46,288 bases of DNA from Hyphomonadaceae bacterium (GCA_027482995.1 JAIXVM010000261.1:1-46288), one strand, 5' to 3'; counted from the first letter of the stretch, positions 14,676 through 24,574 are shown. Translations and numbers: made by a program. Notes: generated by a model not told the origin, from the sequence alone.

Positions 14676-15380
14676 GTGGACGCACGCAAGTTTCTTGTGA
14701 CCGGTCTCGGCGCCGTCGGCCTCGTCATAGCGGCTGCGGCCATCTGCGGTTACTGGTATCTCGGCGCCGCCTGGCTGGCCGGCAGGCTGCCGGTTGGCGG
14801 AAAGTCCGCGCACCTGCCGCCCGCAAAGCCCGCCGCCTATCTCTGCGAAGCCGCCTTCCACACCGACATTGCCCTGCCGCTCGACGGCGAAGTGATCAAC
14901 TGGCGCAAGGAGCTGCGCGGCCATCTGCCGGAATACCTGCCGCGCGATACCTACCTGCTCTTCGGCTGGGGAGACTCGGTCTTCTTCACCAAAGTTCTGT
15001 ACCCGGAGGACTTGACGCCGTCCCGGGCGCTCTCGGCGCTGGCCGGCCTGAACCCCGTCGCCATGCGCATCGTCCCCGTCTATGGCTCGGACGTGCGCGA
15101 AGTCTGCAAGCCCCTGCCCGGCGGCCAGGCCACCAAGGCCGTACTGATCGGCGAGATATTGGAGAGCCTCAAGAAGGATGCGGACGGCGCCTACCGCCCC
15201 ATCGACACGTCCGTTCCCGGCGAGCTGCTGCTGAACGCCAAGGGCCGCTATAGCCCCTTCAACACGTGCAACCAGTGGACGGCGCGCGCGATCGGCAAGG
15301 CCGGCCTGCCGCGCGCCACCTTCGCGCCCTTCGCCTGGAGCGTGACGCGGCCACTCGATCTCGCCGCGGAAAGCGAATGA
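14676..15380 (+). CDS. DUF2459-family protein with N-terminal membrane anchor
   Basis: HTDIALP, FGWGD, YSPFNTCNQWTA motifs; GTG start after GAGGGA. Confidence 0.75.
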   Translation: MDARKFLVTGLGAVGLVIAAAAICGYWYLGAAWLAGRLPVGGKSAHLPPAKPAAYLCEAAFHTDIALPLDGEVINWRKELRGHLPEYLPRDTYLLFGWGDSVFFTKVLYPEDLTPSRALSALAGLNPVAMRIVPVYGSDVREVCKPLPGGQATKAVLIGEILESLKKDADGAYRPIDTSVPGELLLNAKGRYSPFNTCNQWTARAIGKAGLPRATFAPFAWSVTRPLDLAAESE

Positions 15381-15381
15381 C

Positions 15382-16497
15382 ATGACAGACCGTCCGTGCC
15401 CTGACTGGTATGCCCGCCCCCAGCTCGGCATCTTCATCCATTGGGGCATCTTCACGATCCCCGCCTGGGCCCCGCGCGGTCGCGCCATCCACGAGCTCAT
15501 CGGCGACGATTATGACCGCAGCGCCGTGCTCACGCCCTATTCGGAATGGTACGACAATGCCATCCGCGTCGAGGGCAGCCCGACACAGGTGCGCCACAAG
15601 GCCATCTACGGCGACAAACCGTTCACGGATTTCCGCCCCGAATTCGACGCTGCCTCCGAGGCTTTCAACGCCGATGCCTGGGCCGATTTCTTCGTGGAAT
15701 GCGGCGCCACCTACGTTGTTTTCGTCACCAAGCACCATGACGGCTACTGCCTCTGGCCGACAGCCGTTCCCAATCCCCACCGCCCCGGCTGGAACACAGC
15801 GCGCGATTTCACCGGCGAGCTCGCAGATGCGGTCCGCGCCCGAGGCCTTCGCTTCGGCCTCTATTATTCCGGCGGCCTTGACTGGACCTTCCGCGACACG
15901 CCGATCGCCAATATCGGCGACATGTTCGCCTGCGTGCCGACGGAAGAAGACTACCGCGCCTACGCCCTAGCCCAGGCGAAGGAACTGATCGACCGCTACA
16001 AGCCTTCCGTCTTCTGGAACGACATTTGCTGGCCGGATATCGACGGCGTCATCGCTCTGCACGAATACTACTACGCGGCCGTCCCGGACGGCGTGACGAA
16101 CGACCGCTGGCTCGCCGCCACGGACTTCTTCAATTCCCTGCGAGACCCAACCTCCCGCGCCAGCTTCAACGCCATGCTGAAAGCCCGCACCGCCGGCGGC
16201 AAGCAGGAAGAAACCCCCGCGCCCTTCGGCGATTTCCGCTGTGTCGAGTTCGGCCTCGGCGTCATCCCGAAGCAGCAGAAATGGGAAGCCTGCCGCGGCC
16301 TCGGCCTTGGCTTCGGCTACAATACCGACGAGCTGCCGGAAGACTTCCTCGGCGCGCAGCGCCTCATTGATCTCTATACGGACGTGACCGCCAAGCGCGG
16401 CAACCTCCTGATCAATATCGGTCCCCGCGCCGATGGCTTGATCCCGGATCTCCAGACCGTCCCGCTCCGCGCGCTCGGCGCCCACCTTCGGCGGTGA
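15382..16497 (+). CDS. alpha-L-fucosidase (GH29)
   Basis: GIFIHWG, TKHHDGYCLW, GLYYS, WND nucleophile, WEACR, GNLLINIGP; no signal peptide. Confidence 0.92.
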   Translation: MTDRPCPDWYARPQLGIFIHWGIFTIPAWAPRGRAIHELIGDDYDRSAVLTPYSEWYDNAIRVEGSPTQVRHKAIYGDKPFTDFRPEFDAASEAFNADAWADFFVECGATYVVFVTKHHDGYCLWPTAVPNPHRPGWNTARDFTGELADAVRARGLRFGLYYSGGLDWTFRDTPIANIGDMFACVPTEEDYRAYALAQAKELIDRYKPSVFWNDICWPDIDGVIALHEYYYAAVPDGVTNDRWLAATDFFNSLRDPTSRASFNAMLKARTAGGKQEETPAPFGDFRCVEFGLGVIPKQQKWEACRGLGLGFGYNTDELPEDFLGAQRLIDLYTDVTAKRGNLLINIGPRADGLIPDLQTVPLRALGAHLRR

Positions 16498-16519
16498 TCC
16501 GCCAGAAAGCTCTCGCTCC

Positions 16520-17305
16520 ATGATCGACTACACAGGCAAGGTTGCCCTCATCACCGGCGGCGCGTCCGGCATCGGCAAGGCGCTGGCCGAAGCCCTCGCG
16601 GCGCGCGGCGCTGAGCTCATCATCGCCGACGTTCAGGCCGACGCCGCCACCGCCGTCGCGGCCAGCCTCGGCGGCCTTGCGATCTCCTCCGATCTCTCGG
16701 ACCCTGCCGCGCCCGCCGCCCTCATCGAAAAGGCGTATGCCTGGAAAGGCCGTCTCGACCTCGTCTGTGCGAATGCAGGCTACGGCCGCAACAAGCGGCT
16801 GCTGAAGGAGCCCTTCGACGAAGCGGCGATGAACCTCCTCGCCGTCAACATGTTCGCTCCGATCCGCGTCGCGCAGGCCTATGCCCAAAAGCTCACCGCC
16901 GCCGGTCAGCGCGGGCGCCTGATGATCACGGGATCGGAAAACTCGCTCAGCCTGCCGGACGCCGTTCGCCGCAACGGCCTTGGCCTCTATGGCGCCACCA
17001 AGCACGGCGTTCTCATCATGGCGGAATGGCTGCGCGAGGAGCTGCGCGGCGAGACGATGGACGTGCACATCCTGCTGCCCGGCGGCGTCTACACACCGCT
17101 CATCGCAAAACACATTCCCGACCCGGCCAACCTGCCGCCGGAGATGAACATCATCATGCCGGAACGCTGCGCCGAAATCGCGCTCAAGGGGCTCGACCTC
17201 GGCCTGTTCTACATCCCGACTCACGCCCACCTGGCGGACGACATGCGCCCGCGCAAGCAGGGCGTGATCGACGCACTCGCCGCCCTAGGGCTGACAGAGG
17301 ACTAA
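16520..17305 (+). CDS. short-chain dehydrogenase/reductase
   Basis: TGGASGIG, NAG, YGATK catalytic motif. Confidence 0.93.
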   Translation: MIDYTGKVALITGGASGIGKALAEALAARGAELIIADVQADAATAVAASLGGLAISSDLSDPAAPAALIEKAYAWKGRLDLVCANAGYGRNKRLLKEPFDEAAMNLLAVNMFAPIRVAQAYAQKLTAAGQRGRLMITGSENSLSLPDAVRRNGLGLYGATKHGVLIMAEWLREELRGETMDVHILLPGGVYTPLIAKHIPDPANLPPEMNIIMPERCAEIALKGLDLGLFYIPTHAHLADDMRPRKQGVIDALAALGLTED

Positions 17306-17745
17306 CCCGCGCGGCTCGCCTTCGTCAGCGGCTCGACCAGCACGGCCTCCGGCTTGCGCCGACCGCCATACCGGCCCTTGAAGCGCACCTTCTCGCCCAC
17401 CCGCGGCGCGCGTTTGAACGCCGCCGCCTGGAATCGGACATGCCCCTTCACCCGGTCGCACCTGATCAGGCCCACCGCCTTCTGGCGATCGAAGTGGACA
17501 ATGTCGCCCGACACCCATTCCTCGGGATTGAGATCGGCCACAGCGGCCAGCGCCGGCTTCGTCCGCGCCATGTTCGAGGCGGCGGGCTTGCCGGACCGCT
17601 TCTTTCCGAACGCCGCGACCATCATCAGCACCGGCACAATGAAGCAGACCGCCGCGACAGCGGCGACAACCGCCAGACGCGCGCCATCGCTCCAATCCGC
17701 CGGCAGCAGATCCATCGCCCGGCCAAGTATCTGATTTTTTTCCAT
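17302..17745 (-). CDS. membrane-anchored protein with degenerate cold-shock (OB-fold) domain
   Basis: N-terminal TM helix; C-terminal GDIVHFDRQKAVGLI...RVGEKVRF...PEAVLV follows the cold-shock domain pattern. Confidence 0.6.
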   Translation of the reverse strand: MEKNQILGRAMDLLPADWSDGARLAVVAAVAAVCFIVPVLMMVAAFGKKRSGKPAASNMARTKPALAAVADLNPEEWVSGDIVHFDRQKAVGLIRCDRVKGHVRFQAAAFKRAPRVGEKVRFKGRYGGRRKPEAVLVEPLTKASRAG

Positions 17746-17879
17746 GGCAGCCTCCCTAAAGCGCTCCTAGCCTTAGTAAGCTCAGCGCCGCCTTGAAAGG
17801 AACGCTCGCCGCCCTGGAATCAGATGCACACCCGCCGCCTCAATATTGGGCAACCACCGCCCGAACTTTTCGCGCGGCT

Positions 17880-18788
17880 TCAGAGGCCCTCAAGCTGTGC
17901 CAGCGCCGCGCCGACTTTGGTTCGCTCGGCATCTGGCAATCGCAGGACCGGCCGGGGCGGCCGCGCGGAACACAGGCCGAGAATCTGGGCGATCTCGGGA
18001 ATCACCCGAAACCCGCCATGCTTGCGAAACAGGTTCCACATCGGTTCGAACCGCGCATTCATCTCGTTCGCGCGCGCCGCGTCGCCCGAAACCGAAGCGG
18101 TATGAAGAGACATCACTTCTTTGGGAAGCGCTCCCGCCAGGGCGCTGTAAAAGGCTTTGGCGCCGCCGAGCCCGGCCGTGACCAGTCTCGGATCGCCGCT
18201 ATAGCCAAATTGAATGGCCCCGCCCGTCTCACGCGTGAGTTCCTCCAGCTGGACCGCGACGCTTCCCTCCGCCGGCAACGGTATCTTCGCGCCGCCCACG
18301 GTCTTCACCTTCGCAAGACGCGCGAATAGCGCCGGGCTGAAGGTAAAGTGAGTGGTCGTTGGATTGTCGTAGAGGCAAATGGGCAAATCCGTCGCCGCCG
18401 CAATCCATGCGACATGCTCGAAGACTTCATCCTCCGTGAGCGGAATATAGGACACCGGCGCGAGCAGCAGCGCGTCTGCCCCGGCAGCTTCCGCGTCGCG
18501 CGCCAGCAGCACCGCTTCGTCTGTGCGCAGCGCCCCGATACCCGCAATGACGGGTGTCCGGCCGCTTGCCGCCTCGACAGCGGCCGTCACAGCCCGGCGC
18601 CGCTCGTCCCGAGTGAGATACATGAACCCGCCCGTGCTGCCGAGCACGCCGATCGAGGCAACACCTGCCTCCGCCAACCGATCCACCAGTCGCCCGAGCG
18701 CATCGGTATCGACCGTTCCCGCCTCATCCGCTGGGGTGAGCGGAAAGGCGGACAGCCCCTGAAACAGCGTGCCCGAACGCGCCGTCAT
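17880..18788 (-). CDS. dihydrodipicolinate synthase (DapA/NAL) family lyase
   Basis: AFPLTP, LGSTGG, LYDNP, Schiff-base Lys (GAK); start coupled to the aminopeptidase stop. Confidence 0.9.
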   Translation of the reverse strand: MTARSGTLFQGLSAFPLTPADEAGTVDTDALGRLVDRLAEAGVASIGVLGSTGGFMYLTRDERRRAVTAAVEAASGRTPVIAGIGALRTDEAVLLARDAEAAGADALLLAPVSYIPLTEDEVFEHVAWIAAATDLPICLYDNPTTTHFTFSPALFARLAKVKTVGGAKIPLPAEGSVAVQLEELTRETGGAIQFGYSGDPRLVTAGLGGAKAFYSALAGALPKEVMSLHTASVSGDAARANEMNARFEPMWNLFRKHGGFRVIPEIAQILGLCSARPPRPVLRLPDAERTKVGAALAQLEGL

Positions 18789-20599
18789 CAGATCCGCGCG
18801 CACGCCGCCTTCAGCCAGTCCTTCACCGGGCCTTCGAGTTTGCGGCTCAAGAGCTTCCAGACGCGCTTGTGATAATCGTTGACGTAAGCCCGCTCTTCTT
18901 TCGACAGCAGCTTCACATCGATCAGCCCGCGCGCGAGCGGCGCAAAGGTCAGGCATTCAAAGCCCAGCATCGGGATCTCGCCGCCGGGAATCTCCGCTGC
19001 CGGCGTCACGTATTGCAGGTTCTCGATGCGGATGCCGTACTCGCCCGCCTTGTAGAAGCCCGGTTCATTCGAGACGATCATGCCCGGCATCAGCGGCACT
19101 GCGTTCCAGACTTTCGCAATGCGGTGCGGGCCCTCGTGCACGCCGAGATACACGCCCACGCCGTGGCCCGTGCCGTGCTGGTAATCGAGCCCCGCCGACC
19201 AGAGCGCGCTGCGCGCCATCGCGTCCAGATGCGTGCCCGTCGTGCCCGCCGGGAAGCGCACCGTGGCCAGCGCAATATGTCCCTTCAGCACCAGCGTATA
19301 ATGCCGGATCATGTCCTTCGACGGCTCACCGATCGGCACCGTCCGCGTCACGTCGGTCGTGCCGTCGAGGTACTGCCCGCCACTGTCGATCAGGAACAGC
19401 GACCCGCGGGCCAGTTTCCGGTTCGACGCCGTCGAGACCCGGTAGTGCGGCAACGCGCCGTTTGGTCCAGCCCCGGAGATCGACGGGAAGGAGAGGTCGT
19501 TGAGATTGCCGAGGTCCTCGCGGAACGCTTCGAGCTTCATCACCGTATCAATCTCGGTGACTTCGCCCGACTGCGCCTCGGTATCGAGCCAGTGAAGGAA
19601 CTTCGTCAGCGCCACGCCGTCGCGGATATGCGCCGCCGTCGTGCCCTTGATCTCCGCCGTGTTCTTGCACGCGCGCGGCAAGGCGACCGGATCGCGCTGG
19701 CGCAGGATTTTTACGCCTGCCGCGCCCAGCCGGTCAAAGAACCAGGCCGATGCCACATCCGGATCAAGGCTCACCGTCTTGCCCGACAAGGCGGCCAGCC
19801 CGTCTTCCAGTTGCGACAGCGGCCGCAGCGTCACGGTATTGCCAAGGTGGCGGCGCAGCGCGCCGTCCGTCTTCGCCTCGTCAATGAACAGCTCGGCCGA
19901 TCCGTCCGCATAAAGAATGGCTCGGCCCAGCGGCAGCGGCGTGCAGCTCACATCCCCGCCCCGGATATTGAACGCCCAAGCCAGCGACGCGGGCGAGGTC
20001 AGCACGGCCGCCTCCGCGCCGTCCCGCTTCAGCTGCGCGCCGACCGCTTCCAGTTTGTCCGTATGCGCAACGCCCGCATGCTTCACGCCGTGCGGCACGA
20101 CCTTTTCCATCGGCTGCGGCGGGCGGCTCTTCCAGGCCTTGTCGATCGGATTCTCGGCGACCGCCACGAGTTCGGCCCCGGCCTTCACCGCGGCCGCGCT
20201 CAGCGCCGCCACATCATTCGGGCTCATCAGGCGCGGATCATACCCGACCCGCTTGCCCTGAAGCGATTGCTTCGCCAGCCAGCCGAAGGCGCCCGGGTCC
20301 GGAATGCCTTCCACGTCCACCAGCGCGGGATCGGTCTGGTCCGCCGCCTGCAGCGTGTAGCGTCCATCGGCGAACAGCACGGCTTTGTCCGTGAACACGA
20401 ACGCAGCGCCGAACGAGCCCGTAAATCCGGTCGCCCAGGCAAGGCGCTCATTCGCGTCCGGCAGGTACTCGTTCTGGTACTCGTCGTCGTGCGGCACATA
20501 CAGGCCGTCGAGGCCCTGGGCTTCAAGTTCGCGGCGAAGAAGCGGAAGGTGGGCCCGGCCGTCCTGCGGCCCGCCCTTGATGTCGAATGTCTGTTTCAT
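18788..20599 (-). CDS. Xaa-Pro aminopeptidase (M24)
   Basis: TGFTGS, DGRY, DSGGQYLDGTTDVTRT, HGTGHGVG, VHEGP, SNEPG, GIRIEN. Confidence 0.96.
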   Translation of the reverse strand: MKQTFDIKGGPQDGRAHLPLLRRELEAQGLDGLYVPHDDEYQNEYLPDANERLAWATGFTGSFGAAFVFTDKAVLFADGRYTLQAADQTDPALVDVEGIPDPGAFGWLAKQSLQGKRVGYDPRLMSPNDVAALSAAAVKAGAELVAVAENPIDKAWKSRPPQPMEKVVPHGVKHAGVAHTDKLEAVGAQLKRDGAEAAVLTSPASLAWAFNIRGGDVSCTPLPLGRAILYADGSAELFIDEAKTDGALRRHLGNTVTLRPLSQLEDGLAALSGKTVSLDPDVASAWFFDRLGAAGVKILRQRDPVALPRACKNTAEIKGTTAAHIRDGVALTKFLHWLDTEAQSGEVTEIDTVMKLEAFREDLGNLNDLSFPSISGAGPNGALPHYRVSTASNRKLARGSLFLIDSGGQYLDGTTDVTRTVPIGEPSKDMIRHYTLVLKGHIALATVRFPAGTTGTHLDAMARSALWSAGLDYQHGTGHGVGVYLGVHEGPHRIAKVWNAVPLMPGMIVSNEPGFYKAGEYGIRIENLQYVTPAAEIPGGEIPMLGFECLTFAPLARGLIDVKLLSKEERAYVNDYHKRVWKLLSRKLEGPVKDWLKAACARI

Positions 20600-20779
20600 G
20601 ATGCCTCTTCTAGCCCGATGCGGGGTAGCTGCAAACGGGCAATTTGGCGTCGATGCCTCAACGCGGCGTTCCGAACCCCGGGGACAACTGTTCGGGAACC
20701 CGGGGCAAAATCATTGTCAGGCGCCCTCTGGCGAACATTCGTATGGCGAGCTAGTTTCTGCTCTGTGAGCGGTTTGAAA

Positions 20780-20986
20780 ATGGAACGTTGGAAGAGCTGG
20801 GCGACTGGCGTGGCGGTCGTCATAGTCGCTCACGTCGCCATATTCGGCATGATGCAAGTCATCCAGAACGCCGCCCATGAGCACAAGCTGGAGGCCGCGG
20901 AAGCGGCAGCCGCCGAAAAAGCCGCAAAGGTGCCCGACCCGGCACCGGTTTTCATCCTCCCGCCGCCTGACGGTTCATCGGGATGA
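20780..20986 (+). CDS. small single-pass membrane protein, hypothetical (68 aa)
   Basis: MERWKSWATGVAVVIVAHVAIFG TM helix plus Ala/Pro-rich tail; fills the gap between the aminopeptidase gene and prmA. Confidence 0.55.
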   Translation: MERWKSWATGVAVVIVAHVAIFGMMQVIQNAAHEHKLEAAEAAAAEKAAKVPDPAPVFILPPPDGSSG

Positions 20987-21046
20987 CGACTTGATCGAAA
21001 AGCTTCAAACCGTGCTTTCGGGCCCGACCGCGGCCGCGACGGACGG

Positions 21047-21904
21047 CTAGCCCGCCTTCGCAAACACCAGCGTCGACCAGCCGTCCCGCTTGATCTTGCG
21101 CTGGAACAGCATGCCGTGCCCCTCGAACGCGGCCTTCACCGGCGCGGCCTGATGGTGCAGCAGACCCGAAAGGATGATCGCCGCCCCCGGCGCCGACAGC
21201 CGCTGGATTTCCGGCGCAAGGCCGATCAGCGGTTTCATCAGGATGTTCGCGAACACCGTGTCATACGGCCCGAGGCGGCGCATGTTCGGCGCGTTCGCCC
21301 CGCGCACATGGTGCACGAAGAAACGGCTCACCCTGTTCTTCTTGGCGTTCTCGCGCGCAACGAACACCGAGTCCCGGTCAATGTCGCTGCCCGTCGCGAG
21401 TTCCGCGCCCACTTTGAGCGCCGCAATCGCCAGCACGCCCGAACCGGTGCCAAGGTCCAGCACCCGGCCGACCTTGCGCCGCCGCCGCACCTCTGCCAGC
21501 GCCAGCAGGCAGCCGAGCGTCGTGCCATGATGCCCCGTCCCGAACGCCGGGCCCGCCTCGATCAGCACCGCCGTCTTGCCCGGCGAAATGCCGGACAGCG
21601 CATGACTGCCAACCACCACGAACCGCCCGGCATTGACCGGCGGCAAACCTTCCAGCGACAAGGTCACCCAGTCGCGCTCCACGATCTCCTCGATCCGCGC
21701 GGTAAGATCCGGCGCCGCTTCCGTGATGATGGCAACGCACGCTTCGGCCTCGTCCAGCGACTCGCAAAACGCATCGAGCCGCCAGGCGCCCCGCGCGTCT
21801 TCCTTGGCATCGACCGCATCGGCCGGTGACGGGTCCGCCCAGGCAAGGGCTTCCCAGGCAATCTCGATCGGCCCGCGCGGGCCTCTGGCTGTGATCTGGT
21901 ACAT
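21047..21904 (-). CDS. prmA: ribosomal protein L11 methyltransferase
   Basis: AFGTGHHGTT, LDLGTGSGVLAIAA, ANIL, LSGLL; start moved to MYQITA. Confidence 0.93.
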   Translation of the reverse strand: MYQITARGPRGPIEIAWEALAWADPSPADAVDAKEDARGAWRLDAFCESLDEAEACVAIITEAAPDLTARIEEIVERDWVTLSLEGLPPVNAGRFVVVGSHALSGISPGKTAVLIEAGPAFGTGHHGTTLGCLLALAEVRRRRKVGRVLDLGTGSGVLAIAALKVGAELATGSDIDRDSVFVARENAKKNRVSRFFVHHVRGANAPNMRRLGPYDTVFANILMKPLIGLAPEIQRLSAPGAAIILSGLLHHQAAPVKAAFEGHGMLFQRKIKRDGWSTLVFAKAG

Positions 21905-21915
21905 GGGCGCTGCCG

Positions 21916-23163
21916 TTAGCCCGCAAACGCGGCCCACGCAATCCACGCCGACGCCGCCGCGCCCACAGCGCCAAGCCCCCGCGCCGCCAGCCTCAGCCGC
22001 CCATCCGCCAGCCCGCCCGCGAACCGGATCAGCGCCAGCGAACACAGCACATAGACCAGCAGGAACAGGTAGACTGAAATGGCCGATATCGCGTTGAACT
22101 GCTCGACCAGCGCGGGTGTCAGCGTAAGAAAGGCCACTGCGCTCATCAGCGCTCCGTTGAACACCACTTCGCGCACGAGGCGCCCGCCCTCGCCCGGTCC
22201 CGTCAGGACGCGGGGAAGGAAGCCCCGCCGCGCGCCGGATTGCGCCGTCTCCGCCGAGACCAGCACCCAACTGGCCGCGCAGCCCATCGTGCGGACGAAC
22301 GCGGCGCACGCGATCAGCAGTCCCGCCACGGAGCCGACAACCTGCGTCGCCACATCGGCAAACGGCGCGGAGGACGCGGCGAGCACCGCCGCCGGCATCA
22401 GCCCGAACAGCGCCGCCGTTGCCGCCGCATAGACCAGCGCGGCGAGCGCCACGCCGCCCGCCGCGGCCACCGCGATGTTGCGCTTCGGCTCACGCAACGA
22501 ACCCGAGATCGCATTCGCGCTTTCAAGTCCGAGGAAGGCCCAGAAAATGCCGAGCAGCGTTGGCGGCAACACCTGGCCGAGCGGCTCGCCGGTGACGTTC
22601 CACGAAGCTGCGAACACGTCCGCATCGAACCGCGCCAAGCCCAGCACAACGGCCATCACGATTGGCGCAAGGCCGATCACCAGCGTTGCGGACGACATCC
22701 GCCCGACAAAGCGCGGCCCCGCCAGCGCGCAGGCGGAGAGGATCCAGATCGCCGCGAGGATCGCCGCAAGCCGTCCGGCCGCGCTGAGTTCGATTCCGAA
22801 GATCGCCGCGCCATAGCCCACCGCCACGATCACGACCGCCACGACCCCGGCAAAGCACGAGACCCAATAGGCGGCCCAGGCGAGCCAGCCGAGCGCCGGA
22901 TGAAACGCCGTACCCGGATAATCGGTGAGGCTTTCGCTGCCCGGCCGGATCGTCCCGAGCAAGGCAAATACCAGCGCCAGCAGGACCGAGATGACCGCCG
23001 CGATCGCCCACGCGATAAGGCTGGAGGAGCCCACCGCCGCCAGCACCGCCGGCAGCAGGAACACGCCCGAGCCGATCATGTTGCCCGCGACAATGGCCAT
23101 CGCGAGCACCGGCCCGATCTGGCGCGAGTCTGCCGTCTCGCCGGCCGCGCCGACGGCCGTCAC
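21916..23163 (-). CDS. APC-family amino acid/polyamine permease
   Basis: GNMIGSGVFLLP and WAFLGLES motifs; many TM helices. Confidence 0.9.
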   Translation of the reverse strand: MTAVGAAGETADSRQIGPVLAMAIVAGNMIGSGVFLLPAVLAAVGSSSLIAWAIAAVISVLLALVFALLGTIRPGSESLTDYPGTAFHPALGWLAWAAYWVSCFAGVVAVVIVAVGYGAAIFGIELSAAGRLAAILAAIWILSACALAGPRFVGRMSSATLVIGLAPIVMAVVLGLARFDADVFAASWNVTGEPLGQVLPPTLLGIFWAFLGLESANAISGSLREPKRNIAVAAAGGVALAALVYAAATAALFGLMPAAVLAASSAPFADVATQVVGSVAGLLIACAAFVRTMGCAASWVLVSAETAQSGARRGFLPRVLTGPGEGGRLVREVVFNGALMSAVAFLTLTPALVEQFNAISAISVYLFLLVYVLCSLALIRFAGGLADGRLRLAARGLGAVGAAASAWIAWAAFAG

Positions 23164-24191
23164 GCCGGATAGCCCGCGTCCCGGCGCAGCCGCGCCTGGA
23201 ACCAGGCCACCGCGCCTTCATGCCGGGGTGACAGCGGCCCGGCCTTATAGGCGCCGCTCATGATATTGCGGTGGACGATCTCGCACATCTCGAGGTCCTC
23301 CGCCGTCACCGCATCGGACAATTTCAGCATGTCTTCCAGTTCCGCGCCGCGCGCCGGATCGAAGAAGTAGAGATAGTCGAGCCGCGTCTCTTCCGGCCCG
23401 ACGGGTGAGATGCGCTCCATCATCACGCCGTGCTCATACACATTGATGCCGAGCCACGGCCAGGCCCAGGCCCAGTAGCCCGAATAGACATTGTCCGCCT
23501 TGCGCGACGGCGCGCGGTGAACCGCAATGTCACCCTCCATGTGAACGGAATACTTCGACGCGTCGATTTCCGCATCGAGGCCCGGATGGATCAGCGGCAC
23601 GTGATAGCCTTCGAGGTAATTCTCGACATAGGCCTTCCAGTCGCACCGGATCGAGTGCGAGCGCCGCAGCGCATAGGGCTGCACCACTTCATCCGTCCAC
23701 GACGCATCCACCGGCGCCATCATGTCCCGCACCTTCGGCGCCGCCGCGCTGAGCGTCACGAACAGGAAGCCCCGCCAGGTCTCCAGCCGCACCGGCGTCA
23801 GCCCGTGGTCGCGCGGATCAAACCCCTCCGCCGCGCCAAAATCCCGCGCCGATTGCAGCCGGCCCTCGAAGGTGAACCGCCAGCCATGATACTGGCAGGT
23901 GATCGCGCCCTCGCAGTGCCCGTCAGGCGTCGTCGCCAGCGGCCCGGCCCGGTGCGGGCACACATTGTGGAACGCGCGCACCACGCCGTCCTTGCCGCGC
24001 ACCGCCAGCACGGACCGCCCGGCGAGGTCATCGGTCAGGAAATCGCCCGCCGCTTTCAGCATGTTCTCATGCCCGATCAGCCGCCAGGCCTTCGCGAACA
24101 CGGTTTCCCGCTCCCGCGCGAAAATCTCCGCCCGCCCATAGAGTGACGGATCAAGCGCCCGCACAGGCGTGTTGCCGGGTCCGTCCGCCAT
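23160..24191 (-). CDS. Rieske non-heme iron oxygenase alpha subunit (choline monooxygenase-like)
   Basis: Rieske ligands CPH...CQYHGW; mononuclear Fe motif ENYLEGYHVPLIH and distal ED. Confidence 0.9.
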   Translation of the reverse strand: MADGPGNTPVRALDPSLYGRAEIFARERETVFAKAWRLIGHENMLKAAGDFLTDDLAGRSVLAVRGKDGVVRAFHNVCPHRAGPLATTPDGHCEGAITCQYHGWRFTFEGRLQSARDFGAAEGFDPRDHGLTPVRLETWRGFLFVTLSAAAPKVRDMMAPVDASWTDEVVQPYALRRSHSIRCDWKAYVENYLEGYHVPLIHPGLDAEIDASKYSVHMEGDIAVHRAPSRKADNVYSGYWAWAWPWLGINVYEHGVMMERISPVGPEETRLDYLYFFDPARGAELEDMLKLSDAVTAEDLEMCEIVHRNIMSGAYKAGPLSPRHEGAVAWFQARLRRDAGYPA

Positions 24192-24574
24192 CAGGGCACC
24201 ACACCTTCGACGATCATCAACCGGGAGACCGTATTGTCGGTCCGCAACTGAACGATCGCAGCATATTCTGGCGATTCCAGGAAAGCCTTGGCCGCGTCGT
24301 AGCTCGGATACTCAAGCACGACGATCCGCCCGGCTGGCGGCGTCCCTTCCCGGCCTTCGGCCTTGCCGCCGCGCACGAGATAGCGCCCGCCCGCCGCCGC
24401 AACCATCGGGGCCACCGCAGCCTTGTAGCCTTCATAGGCCTCCGGATTCGTCACCTGGATCTCGACGATCACATACCCTTTCGGGACGGCCACCGCCTCC
24501 GGCGCCGGCGCTGGCGCGCCCGCGCAACCCACCAGCCACAAAGAAGCCGCCAACGCGGCCAGATGCGTTTTCAT
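24191..24574 (-). CDS. DUF1330-family protein, predicted lipoprotein
   Basis: Lipobox LVGC; GGRYLVRGG...EG...RIVVLEYPS...SPEY pattern. Confidence 0.85.
   Translation of the reverse strand: MKTHLAALAASLWLVGCAGAPAPAPEAVAVPKGYVIVEIQVTNPEAYEGYKAAVAPMVAAAGGRYLVRGGKAEGREGTPPAGRIVVLEYPSYDAAKAFLESPEYAAIVQLRTDNTVSRLMIVEGVVP

Noticed and set aside
18869-20779. 5' part of the 705-aa plus-strand ORF
   Set aside because: Shadow of the aminopeptidase P gene; only the last 68 codons look like a real gene
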